This document shows positions 27,945 through 35,645 of a stretch of DNA of 35,645 nt, piece after piece. Below the pieces are notes generated by a model. That model was given only the letters and a program-made list of their open reading frames with translations, was not told the DNA's origin and made no database searches. The DNA lies in contig CAZAQZ010000001.1 of the NCBI GenBank assembly GCA_964487175.1, positions 1-35,645 of the forward strand. Reading direction: 5' to 3'. How positions within the stretch are numbered: the stretch's first letter is position 1; every line of letters begins with the position of its first letter. Both the position numbers and the translations under genes were made by a program. Source of the DNA: an uncultured Verrucomicrobiota bacterium. GTDB taxonomy: Bacteria; Verrucomicrobiota; Verrucomicrobiia; Palsa-1439.

Positions 27945-29046
27945 CTCGTTAGCGACGGGTGGTATGGAGCGGGTGGCGGTTAACCTCGCCAACGCACTCC
28001 CACAAGATCGCTATCGCAGTCATCTGTGCTCAACCCGCGAGGAAGGTCAGATGGCGGAATTTGTGCAACCGCACGTGGGCAGGATTTGTCTGCACCGCTG
28101 CAAACGGTTTGATGTCGCGGCATTGCGAAAGTTTATCGGGTACATCCGGGACAACGAGATTCAAATTATTCACGCGCACGGCACATCGGTGTTTTTCTCG
28201 ATTTTGGCCTCGGGCTTCAGCCCGCATCCGATTCTGATCTGGCACGATCATTTTGGTCGTTACGCCACCGAGGAGCGACCGGTGTGGCTCTATCGTCTGG
28301 CCGCGAAGCGGGTCGACAGCGTGATTGCGGTAAATCAATCGCTGGCGAACTGGGCGCAGGAGCGTCTCCATTTGCCTGCCGTGCGTGTACGCTACATTCC
28401 CAACTTTGTTTGCGAACCCGGTGAAAAGGAAGAATCGCCTGCATTGCCTGGACAAAATGGATTTCGGATCGTGTGCGTCGCCAATTTCCGTCCACAGAAG
28501 GACCATTTGAATCTGTTGGAGGCGATGCGGATCATCCTGCGGCAGATTCCGGAGACGCATCTGTTACTCCTGGGAAACGGCACGGGGACGCCCTGCTACG
28601 AGGACGTGATCGAGAAGATTTCCAGCAATGGTCTGGCGGGACACATCTCGGTAATGGGATTGCGCAAGGACGTATACGCGGTGCTGCGTGCCTGCGATAT
28701 CGGGGTGCTGAGTTCGTCTTCCGAGGGACTGCCGCTGGCATTGCTCGAATACGGATTTGCTGGAATAGCGGTTGTGGCGACCCAGGTGGGCCAATGCGCC
28801 GAGGTGCTGGCAGGCGGGCGATGCGGCATGCTCGTCCGGCCGCGCGATCCCGAGCAGATGGCGAAGGCAATTCTTTCACTGCTGCGGTCGAAGAAGCGGC
28901 GCAGGGAGCTTGGAAGCAGCCTGAACGAGCGCGTGCATCGATCCTACAGCCAGGAAGTCGTGATTCGCCAGGTGGCGGACGTTTATAAGACCGCGCTCAC
29001 CCGCAGCGAGAGATTTGTGGATCCTTCAGAACACCGAATCCGGTAG
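27913..29046 (+). CDS. Glycosyltransferase family 4 (GT-B)
   Basis: N-terminal motif LQVCDSLATGGMERVAVNLAN and an E-x7-E motif (EGLPLALLE). ATG 27913; the track ORF begins at TTG 27907. Confidence 0.88.
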   Translation: MKQIGVLQVCDSLATGGMERVAVNLANALPQDRYRSHLCSTREEGQMAEFVQPHVGRICLHRCKRFDVAALRKFIGYIRDNEIQIIHAHGTSVFFSILASGFSPHPILIWHDHFGRYATEERPVWLYRLAAKRVDSVIAVNQSLANWAQERLHLPAVRVRYIPNFVCEPGEKEESPALPGQNGFRIVCVANFRPQKDHLNLLEAMRIILRQIPETHLLLLGNGTGTPCYEDVIEKISSNGLAGHISVMGLRKDVYAVLRACDIGVLSSSSEGLPLALLEYGFAGIAVVATQVGQCAEVLAGGRCGMLVRPRDPEQMAKAILSLLRSKKRRRELGSSLNERVHRSYSQEVVIRQVADVYKTALTRSERFVDPSEHRIR

Positions 29047-29059
29047 GGCGAAGACAGTC

Positions 29060-30517
29060 ATGGAACCGCTTACATCTGCGATCACTCCAAAGCCCGGCTT
29101 CCATCCTCTTGAACGGGGCCGTGGGGCCAGCAGCGACCAGATATCGTGGCTGGCGGTGGTTGGGTTTATCCTTCTGCATCTGCCGCTGGCCTTGATGATG
29201 AAATTTGTGCCAACCGTGGCCACGGTGGATGCGTTCCTAGTGCTGGCAGTGGGGATGAAATGGGCGATGAGCGGTCGCCAATTGGCGAAGGTTGCCTATA
29301 TTGGGGCCTACATCGCAGGCTGCGAAGTCATTTGGCGGGCTGTAGGCGCGTCCATTTATTGGGAATTTGGGAAATACGCGACAATCCTTATTTTCATCGT
29401 GGCACTGGTCAGGAGCCGGAGATTCCAACTTCCTGCGCTGCCAACCGCCTATTTCCTGTTGCTGATTCCGGCGACTCTTCTGACATTGTGGCAGGCGAGT
29501 TTTTCCGACGCGAAGAGTATGATCAGTTTTAATCTGTCCGGCCCGCTGGCGCTGGCGGTCAGCGTGATGTTTTTCATGAAGATCCAACTACGGCGCCAGC
29601 AGCTTGTACGCGTGTTGATCGCGTTCATTGGACCGGTGGTGGGTATGGTGGCCATCATCGTGCTCGGACTCGCCTCCGCCGATGTGAAGTTTGGCCGGCA
29701 GTCCAACGTGGAGGCCAGCGGCGGTTTTGGCGCCAATCAGGTGTCGGCGCTTCTTGGGATGGGGTGCATCGCGGCGTTCCTCTGTCTCCTGGGTGGGAAA
29801 CAGCGGTGGCAACTCAAACTACTATTCATCGGGCTGATGCTGGAATTCGCCGTGCAAAGCGCGCTGACGTTTTCGCGGGCCGGCATTTATTACGCAGCCG
29901 CCAGTCTTGCCGTTGGTTGTCTGATGCTCATGAGGAATATCAAGGCAGCGTTGGAAATGGCAGTGGTTCTTGGAATCCTGTTTCTCCTTACCAACTACGT
30001 GGTTTATCCACGTTTGGATGATTTTACTGGGGGCGCACTCTCAGCGCGTTTTGAGAATACGCACCTTTCCGGGCGGGCGGAAATCATGGATGCCGACTTG
30101 AAAATCATGGCCGAACACCCGATTTTTGGAATTGGAGTCGGCCAGGCCATGAGCGAGCGTGCCAAGTTCTTCAAGGGTTTCGCCTCGCACACGGAGTTTA
30201 CGCGATTGCTGGCCGAGCACGGCATCTTCGGTTGTGTTGCCGCGTTGCTGTTGGTTGTTATGGCAATCAGAAACGTTGTGGTCTCGCCGACAGGCAAAGG
30301 ACGGGCGGTGGCAGCGGCGTTGGCGACCTACAGCTTCTGTTTCATGACCGGCAACGGCATGCGAATGGTTCTGCCTTCTTTCCTGCTCGGTCTGGCTGCC
30401 GTCCGGCTTGGGCCGGAACGACCGCCAAAGCGAAAAGAAAACACCCCGCAGCCCAACAACCCCGTTCGATTCAGCGATTATCCACGCAGGTCGAAGCCGC
30501 AGTTGCACCCTGCATGA
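29060..30517 (+). CDS. O-antigen ligase / Wzy_C-domain polytopic membrane protein
   Basis: About 10-12 hydrophobic segments. A loop with FSRAGIYY...RFENTHLSGRAEI...GIGVGQ...HTEFTRLLAEHGIFG is typical of the Wzy_C/O-antigen-ligase family. The ATG at 29060 lies after the upstream stop. Confidence 0.8.
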   Translation: MEPLTSAITPKPGFHPLERGRGASSDQISWLAVVGFILLHLPLALMMKFVPTVATVDAFLVLAVGMKWAMSGRQLAKVAYIGAYIAGCEVIWRAVGASIYWEFGKYATILIFIVALVRSRRFQLPALPTAYFLLLIPATLLTLWQASFSDAKSMISFNLSGPLALAVSVMFFMKIQLRRQQLVRVLIAFIGPVVGMVAIIVLGLASADVKFGRQSNVEASGGFGANQVSALLGMGCIAAFLCLLGGKQRWQLKLLFIGLMLEFAVQSALTFSRAGIYYAAASLAVGCLMLMRNIKAALEMAVVLGILFLLTNYVVYPRLDDFTGGALSARFENTHLSGRAEIMDADLKIMAEHPIFGIGVGQAMSERAKFFKGFASHTEFTRLLAEHGIFGCVAALLLVVMAIRNVVVSPTGKGRAVAAALATYSFCFMTGNGMRMVLPSFLLGLAAVRLGPERPPKRKENTPQPNNPVRFSDYPRRSKPQLHPA

Positions 30518-30535
30518 CACAATATCGGACATCCC

Positions 30536-31684
30536 ATGAGTCTTGACGTTCATCAATCAGCCGTCGCGAACACCTTGCCAATCGTCAACGGCAGCACGGA
30601 ACAGTCTGTCTCCGCCATTCATGAGGCAGTCGTGCCGAGCGACCGCACCATCGGTGTCCTGCTCGTTGGCAACTTTCTCTCGGGATCAGTCGGGACCCGC
30701 GGCGCGTGCGAAGAACTGGCATTGCACCTGAACGGCCTGGAACGGCTGCGAATCCTGACGACGTCGAGCAAGGAGGGGCGGCTGCCGCGTCTGGCGGACA
30801 TGCTGGCCACCATTTGGCGACGACGGGACGAGTACGATGTGGCGCAAGTGGACGTGTACAGCGGTCCGGCGTTCTTTTGGGCCGAGGCGACGTGCCTGCT
30901 CCTGAGGCAAATCAAGAAACCTTATGTGCTAACATTGCACGGGGGCAATCTGCCCGCATTTTCCCACGGCCAACCTGACCGGGTCCGGCGCTTATTGCAA
31001 ACCGGTCGCGTTGTGACAACGCCATCGGAGTACTTAAACGATCAAATGTCGCCATATCGGACCGATCTTCGTCTTTTGCCCAACGCGCTTGATCTGAAGT
31101 CCTATGCGTTTCGGCACCGGAGTCAGCCACGCGCGGCACTGGTCTGGTTGCGCGCTTTTCATGAGATCTACAACCCCGAGATGGGCCCGAAAGTAGTCCA
31201 ACTCCTCGCCCGGGATTTTCCGAAATTGTCCATGATCATGGTCGGTCCCGATAAACGCGATGGCAGCCGACAACGCACGCTGCAGATTGCCACCGATTTG
31301 GGTGTTCTGGATCGCATGACATTTCCCGGTGGCGTTCGCAAGACGGAGACCCCCGGCTGGCTCGATAAAGGCGACATCTTCCTGAACACGCCCAACGTGG
31401 ACAACATGCCCGTCAGCGTCCTCGAAGCCATGGCAAGCGGCCTGTGTGTCATCAGCACCAATGTCGGCGGCGTGCCCTATCTTCTCAAGGACGAGTCCGA
31501 CTCCTTATTGGTCCCCGCCAATTCCCCCGAAGCGATGGCCGCAGCCGTGAGCCGAATCCTCACCGAGCCGGGCCTGGCGGATCGTCTTTCGCAGAGCGCC
31601 CGGGCTAAGTCGGAAAAGTACGATTGGAATGTCGTGCTACCTCAGTGGGAAACGTTGCTCCGGTCGGTGGCCGGAAACGCCTGA
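30536..31684 (+). CDS. Glycosyltransferase family 4 (GT-B)
   Basis: C-terminal lobe motif DNMPVSVLEAMASGLCVISTNVGGVPYLLKDESDSLLVP. Confidence 0.88.
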   Translation: MSLDVHQSAVANTLPIVNGSTEQSVSAIHEAVVPSDRTIGVLLVGNFLSGSVGTRGACEELALHLNGLERLRILTTSSKEGRLPRLADMLATIWRRRDEYDVAQVDVYSGPAFFWAEATCLLLRQIKKPYVLTLHGGNLPAFSHGQPDRVRRLLQTGRVVTTPSEYLNDQMSPYRTDLRLLPNALDLKSYAFRHRSQPRAALVWLRAFHEIYNPEMGPKVVQLLARDFPKLSMIMVGPDKRDGSRQRTLQIATDLGVLDRMTFPGGVRKTETPGWLDKGDIFLNTPNVDNMPVSVLEAMASGLCVISTNVGGVPYLLKDESDSLLVPANSPEAMAAAVSRILTEPGLADRLSQSARAKSEKYDWNVVLPQWETLLRSVAGNA

Positions 31685-31706
31685 CGGCAATCCGCCAAGT
31701 GCTGAT

Positions 31707-32909
31707 ATGAAACAACGCTGCTTTTTTATCGGGACGCCGCTGGGCGATCTGTCGATCATGAAACAGTTCGAGGCCCTCGGCCGCGAACTGGCGGAGCGTG
31801 GCCATAGAGTGATTATCCTGGCTCCGCACCGGAAGGTGGAATTGGCCCGACCCAATGAAAACCCCGCAGTCCTTATCTGGCCAAGTGAGCGTCCGACAAA
31901 GTTGCGCGACGCCTGGTTCTTTTACAAGCTCGTGCGCCAGTTCAAACCTGATTGCGTCGTGGGCAGCTACGCCGCCGTGAACATCATGATGATGGTCGGC
32001 TGGCTCGCGCGCGTGCCGCAACGCATCGCGTGGTATCACACGTTGAGCAGCCAGATCAATTTGGATCAAAAGATGCCCGGTTGGCGGATGAAATTGCTTC
32101 GCCTGCGCAAACGTCTCGTTTATCGCGCTGCCACTTACATCGTTCCCGTTTCACGCGCCGCCAGCGACGATGTTCGGGACATTTATCACCAATCGGAACA
32201 GAAGCTACGCATTTTCCTCAATTCCGTGGCCGATCCGGTTCAGCACGGGACCGCACCGGTCGCAGTAACAGGCCGGGCGGTGTGCATCGCACGGTTCTTT
32301 CCTTCTAAGGGCCAGGATGTACTGATCCGGGCGATCCATATTCTGAAGGCCGATCATCCCGATGTGCACGCCGAATTTCTTGGCGATGGACCGTCGAAGG
32401 AAGCCTACACGCAATTAGCCCGCGAATTGGGAGTTACTGATCAGTGCCAGTTTTCAGGTGCCGTCAGCCATGATGAAGTGTTGGATCGAATGCGCACGGC
32501 AACGGTGACCGTCCTGCCGAGCCGCAATGATAACTGCCCGTTAGTGATCATCGAGTCGCTCGCCGTGGGAACTCCGGTCATTGCATCGAGAGTGGGTGGC
32601 ATCCCCGAGGTGGTACGCGACGGAATCGACGGGTTCCTGGTGCCGCCGGATGATCCCCAGGCGCTAGCCGCCAGGCTGAACGAAGTTCTTTCGGATGCGG
32701 CATTGCGGCAGAAGTTGAGAACGTATGCGCGCGAAGGATTTCTCTCGCGGCTCGAACTGCATCGCGCAGTGCAGGAACAAGCCGATTGGTTGGAAGGACT
32801 ACATCCCGATGGACAGCCATCCGGCGCGATGGCGAGCCTGAACAAGAGCGCATCGAATGGACCGCGCGCCATGCCCGACCGCAGACCCATGGTGGCCGAT
32901 TGTGAGTAA
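31707..32909 (+). CDS. Glycosyltransferase family 4 (GT-B)
   Basis: C-terminal lobe motif LPSRNDNCPLVIIESLAVGTPVIASRVGGIPEVVRDGIDGFLVPP. The ATG at 31707 (MKQRCFFIG) lies after the upstream stop. Confidence 0.88.
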   Translation: MKQRCFFIGTPLGDLSIMKQFEALGRELAERGHRVIILAPHRKVELARPNENPAVLIWPSERPTKLRDAWFFYKLVRQFKPDCVVGSYAAVNIMMMVGWLARVPQRIAWYHTLSSQINLDQKMPGWRMKLLRLRKRLVYRAATYIVPVSRAASDDVRDIYHQSEQKLRIFLNSVADPVQHGTAPVAVTGRAVCIARFFPSKGQDVLIRAIHILKADHPDVHAEFLGDGPSKEAYTQLARELGVTDQCQFSGAVSHDEVLDRMRTATVTVLPSRNDNCPLVIIESLAVGTPVIASRVGGIPEVVRDGIDGFLVPPDDPQALAARLNEVLSDAALRQKLRTYAREGFLSRLELHRAVQEQADWLEGLHPDGQPSGAMASLNKSASNGPRAMPDRRPMVADCE

Positions 32910-34326
32910 GTTGCTTTCCCTTTATCATGCGCTCCCGGCGCCGGTGAGGCCGGTAGTCGCCAGCTTGCGAGGCTTCCATCTTCGTTCCTGGCGTTACGGG
33001 TCGGAGACGGATCAGCTAGCTCAAGAGGCCTTGCAGCGTGACCGCTGGAGTCCCCAGGAATGGCGGCAATGGCAGCAGAAAGCATTGAAAGACCTGCTGC
33101 ACCGGGCTTCCACGGAAGTCCCGCATTATCGCGATTACTGGCGGAATTGGAAAACTCCGGGCCGTGTGACATCCCTGCCTGACTGGCCGATCCTCGAAAA
33201 GGAATCGCTGCGGGCGAATCCGAAGGCGTTTTTGGCGGACGGATGTAAGCCCAAGAAAATGTTTCATGACCACACCAGCGGCACAACGGGGAAATCCCTC
33301 GACCTGTGGGAAAGCCGCGACACGGTACGCGCGTGGTACGCGTTGTTTGAAGCGCGCTGTCGGCTTTGGTACGGCGTGTCGCGTCACGATCGATGGGGCA
33401 TGTTGGGCGGGCAATTAATCGTCCCTGTGGCCCAGCGGCGTCCGCCGTTTTGGGTGTGGAATTCCGGTCTTGACCAGCTTTATCTGTCCGCGTATCACCT
33501 CGCACCCGACCTCATTTCACACTATCTAAAAGCCTTAAGCACCTACCGCGTCACGTATCTGCTGGGATACACGTCGGCCCTGTATGCCCTTGCCATGGAG
33601 GTTTTGGAAAGCGGTCGAAAAGGTCCGCAGATGAAAGTGGTCATCACCAACGCTGAACCGCTATTCGATTATCAGCGGCAGGCAATTGCCGAAGCATTCA
33701 ACTGTCCCGTGCGCGAAACGTACGGCATGGCGGAATTGGTTGTCGCGGCCAGCGAATGCGAGGCGGGCCGGATGCATTTGTGGCCCGAGGCGGGCATCAC
33801 GGAGATTGTTGACGGTGACAAACCTGCGCCCGATGGACAGGCCGGCGATTTGGTTTGCACGGGATTGAGCAATCCGGATATGCCGCTGGTGCGCTACCGC
33901 GTCGGCGACCGCGCCGCCCTGGCAGCCACGGATGATCGTTGTCCGTGTGGAAGGACGCTGCCCGTGCTCAACTCGATCGAAGGCAGATTGGATGATGTGT
34001 TGTACACGATTGATGGACGAGTCATCGGACGACTTGACCCCGTTTTCAAGGCGGGCGTTCCGATTCGAGAAGCCCAAATCATCCAGGACGGGTTGGACCG
34101 AATCCGTGTCCTGTACGTGCCCGCGCCCGGGTTCACGAATGTCGATCGGGAACTGATCGTCGCGCGCCTTCAAGCCAGACTGGGGCCCATGAATGTCGTG
34201 ATGGAATCGCTTTCGGAAATCCCCCGCACCGCCAATGGCAAGTTTCGCGCTGTGGTCTGCAACCTTTCGTCCGATGAGAAAAAAAAGGCCCGTCGGGGGC
34301 AAGTCGAAGAGTTGGTCGGGTCATGA
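32902..34326 (+). CDS. Phenylacetate-CoA ligase-like adenylate-forming enzyme (PaaK/CapK/F390-synthetase family)
   Basis: ANL P-loop HTSGTTGKSL, then ETYGMAE, YRVGDRA and the zinc-knuckle-like CPCGRTLP...IEGRLDDV. I preferred GTG 32902 (8-nt overlap with the upstream gene); ATG 32857 is the alternative. Confidence 0.85.
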   Translation: MSKLLSLYHALPAPVRPVVASLRGFHLRSWRYGSETDQLAQEALQRDRWSPQEWRQWQQKALKDLLHRASTEVPHYRDYWRNWKTPGRVTSLPDWPILEKESLRANPKAFLADGCKPKKMFHDHTSGTTGKSLDLWESRDTVRAWYALFEARCRLWYGVSRHDRWGMLGGQLIVPVAQRRPPFWVWNSGLDQLYLSAYHLAPDLISHYLKALSTYRVTYLLGYTSALYALAMEVLESGRKGPQMKVVITNAEPLFDYQRQAIAEAFNCPVRETYGMAELVVAASECEAGRMHLWPEAGITEIVDGDKPAPDGQAGDLVCTGLSNPDMPLVRYRVGDRAALAATDDRCPCGRTLPVLNSIEGRLDDVLYTIDGRVIGRLDPVFKAGVPIREAQIIQDGLDRIRVLYVPAPGFTNVDRELIVARLQARLGPMNVVMESLSEIPRTANGKFRAVVCNLSSDEKKKARRGQVEELVGS

Positions 34327-35357
34327 GTTCGCTTCCTTTTGTGAGCGTGATCCTGCCGGTCTTCAACGAAGAACGGTTCATCCATGCCAGCCTGACCGCG
34401 GTGCTGGAGCAGGATTATCCCCACGACTTGATGGAGGTGATTGTGGCGGACGGACGGTCAACGGACCGGACCCGCGAGATCGTGGAATCGTTGCAGGAGA
34501 AGTATCCCAACATCCGCCTGATCGACAATCCGGAGCGGATCGTGTCAACCGGATTGAACCACGCGCTCAAGACCGCGCGTGGCGACATCATTATTCGTCT
34601 GGACGGCCATTGCGAGTACCCGAAGGATTATCTGCGGAGCGTGATTGCGTTGCGCGAGCAAATGAAGGCCGACAACGCCGGCGGCGTCCTGATCCCGTTG
34701 GGAAACTGCAGTTACACCTCGCAGGCCGTCGCGGCGGCGTATTATTCGCCCGTGGGAATCGGTAACGCGCTGCGGGGTCATGCGGACTCGACTGCGGTAA
34801 CCGAGGTGGACACGGTGCATGGCGGCTGCTGGAAGCGCGAGCGTCTGATGGCGCTCGGCGGGTTTGACGAAGAAATGGTGAGAAATCAGGACGACGAGCT
34901 CAGTTTCCGATTGCGAAAATCCTCAGGCCGGATTGTGCAGAGCGGTGCCATCCGGGTGAAATACTGGGTGCGCGACAGTTATCGAAAACTTTTCATGCAA
35001 TTCGCGCAGTACGGCTACTGGAAGGTGCGGGTGGTTCAGAAGCATCCAAAGCAATCCAACATTCGGCACATCGTGCCATCGGGTTTCGTGTTGGCGGTTC
35101 TCGTGAGCGCGGCGTTGTCGCCGTTTTTTGCGGCGGCGCGCTGGGCGCTGGCAATCGTCCTAGGCGGATACGTCCTAGCAATGTGTTTGGCGGGACTACG
35201 CGAGGCGATGCGGACCAGGCTGAGTCTCTGGCCCGGTGTGACCCTGGCGATTCCGGCGATGCATATCGGTTATGGCGTCGGATTCCTGCTCGGCTGGCTG
35301 CGCTGGTTGGTGGGGCCGCTGCCAACGGACCGCATATTCGAAAAAAGCACGCGATGA
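34323..35357 (+). CDS. Glycosyltransferase family 2 with C-terminal TM segments (ExoA-like)
   Basis: GT-A signature VSVILPVFNEERFIHASLTAVLEQDY...VADGRSTDRT. The C-terminal third is hydrophobic (VPSGFVLAVLVSAALSPFF..., LAIVLGGYVLAMCLAG). ATGA overlap with the ligase gene. Confidence 0.85.
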   Translation: MSSLPFVSVILPVFNEERFIHASLTAVLEQDYPHDLMEVIVADGRSTDRTREIVESLQEKYPNIRLIDNPERIVSTGLNHALKTARGDIIIRLDGHCEYPKDYLRSVIALREQMKADNAGGVLIPLGNCSYTSQAVAAAYYSPVGIGNALRGHADSTAVTEVDTVHGGCWKRERLMALGGFDEEMVRNQDDELSFRLRKSSGRIVQSGAIRVKYWVRDSYRKLFMQFAQYGYWKVRVVQKHPKQSNIRHIVPSGFVLAVLVSAALSPFFAAARWALAIVLGGYVLAMCLAGLREAMRTRLSLWPGVTLAIPAMHIGYGVGFLLGWLRWLVGPLPTDRIFEKSTR

Positions 35358-35484
35358 TAAGTGGCCTATTGATAACGATTTATGAAAACAGGGAACCGGC
35401 AGGTGCTGGAAATTCCTTGTTCCATTCACGCGCCAAGGAGTCAGGGGAAGCAGTAATCGGTGATGTAAACAAGGGGACAGTACG

Positions 35485-35645
35485 ATGCAGTCATATATAC
35501 TGGAGAACGAGAGTCTCATTGAAATGCAGCCAATGAACACGGGCAATCAGAATGTCAGCAGCGACGGGCAGTTGACCAACGCCGAGCGCCTCAAGGTGCT
35601 GGTGGAATGGAACGACACCAAGGTCGATTACCCGAAGGATGTGTG
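35485..35645 (+). CDS. 5' end of a probable adenylation-domain (NRPS-like) protein, truncated by the window edge
   Basis: This ORF is not in the supplied track; I translated it by hand as MQSYILENESLIEMQPMNTGNQNVSSDGQLTNAERLKVLVEWNDTKVDYPKDV. The E-R-x-x-L-L-x-E-W-N-D-T-x-x-D-Y-P pattern is the usual lead-in to NRPS A domains. An AAGGGGA Shine-Dalgarno lies 8 nt upstream. Only 53 codons are visible. Confidence 0.55.
   Translation, partial: MQSYILENESLIEMQPMNTGNQNVSSDGQLTNAERLKVLVEWNDTKVDYPKDV

Noticed and set aside
34279-34286. Homopolymer tracts as possible phase-variation switches: A8 near the 3' end of the CapK-like ligase (34279-34286) and T8 inside the asnB-like gene (15843-15850).
   Set aside because: Eight nucleotides is at the lower limit for slipped-strand switching. 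Both tracts encode plausible residues (EKKK; TFFC). There is no evidence of length heterogeneity from a single sequence.
35358-35484. Possible intrinsic terminator between the last GT2 and the NRPS-like gene (ggaac...gttcc around 35393-35424).
   Set aside because: The stem is only 5 bp with a ~20-nt loop and no following T-tract, so this is not a credible rho-independent terminator.

Overview
Almost the whole window is one cell-surface glycan (O-polysaccharide/EPS-type) biosynthesis and export locus from a fairly GC-rich, probably diderm bacterium. I cannot place the taxon from sequence alone. From 4491 to 35357, 28 genes lie on the + strand, mostly with overlapping stop/start codons (ATGA, TAATG, TGATG), so this looks like a single ~31-kb operon. 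It encodes: an ABC-2 exporter whose permease (wzm, 4491) and ATPase (wzt, 16719) are 11.3 kb apart; a CMP-sialic-acid-type pathway (neuB-neuC-neuA) followed by a D-2-hydroxyacid dehydrogenase; a carrier-protein cassette (FkbH-like HAD-IIIC enzyme, ACP, large GNAT-like acyltransferase, MaoC dehydratase, NodB deacetylase, AsnB-like amidotransferase); an FkbM-family methyltransferase; 12 glycosyltransferase-type genes (5 GT2, 5 GT4, 1 GT14-like, 1 unassigned GT-B-like); a second large GNAT-like paralogue; an O-antigen-ligase/Wzy_C-like membrane protein; and a PaaK/CapK-like adenylate-forming ligase. Left of the operon are a divergent Wzc-type chain-length/tyrosine-autokinase gene (- strand), an Sfp-type phosphopantetheinyl transferase, a receiver-only response regulator and a 9-bp tandem repeat at the window edge. 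At the right edge (35485) a gene begins whose N-terminus looks like the lead-in to an NRPS adenylation domain. I saw no rRNA, tRNA, CRISPR array, transposase or integrase. The best candidate for undescribed biology is the ACP-dependent (FkbH/glyceryl-type) glycan acylation cassette sitting with the sialic-acid genes between wzm and wzt. It is accompanied by an orphan GT-B-like transferase and a Wzt with a C-terminal recognition-type domain. All functional calls come from reading motifs in the supplied translations; no database search was run.
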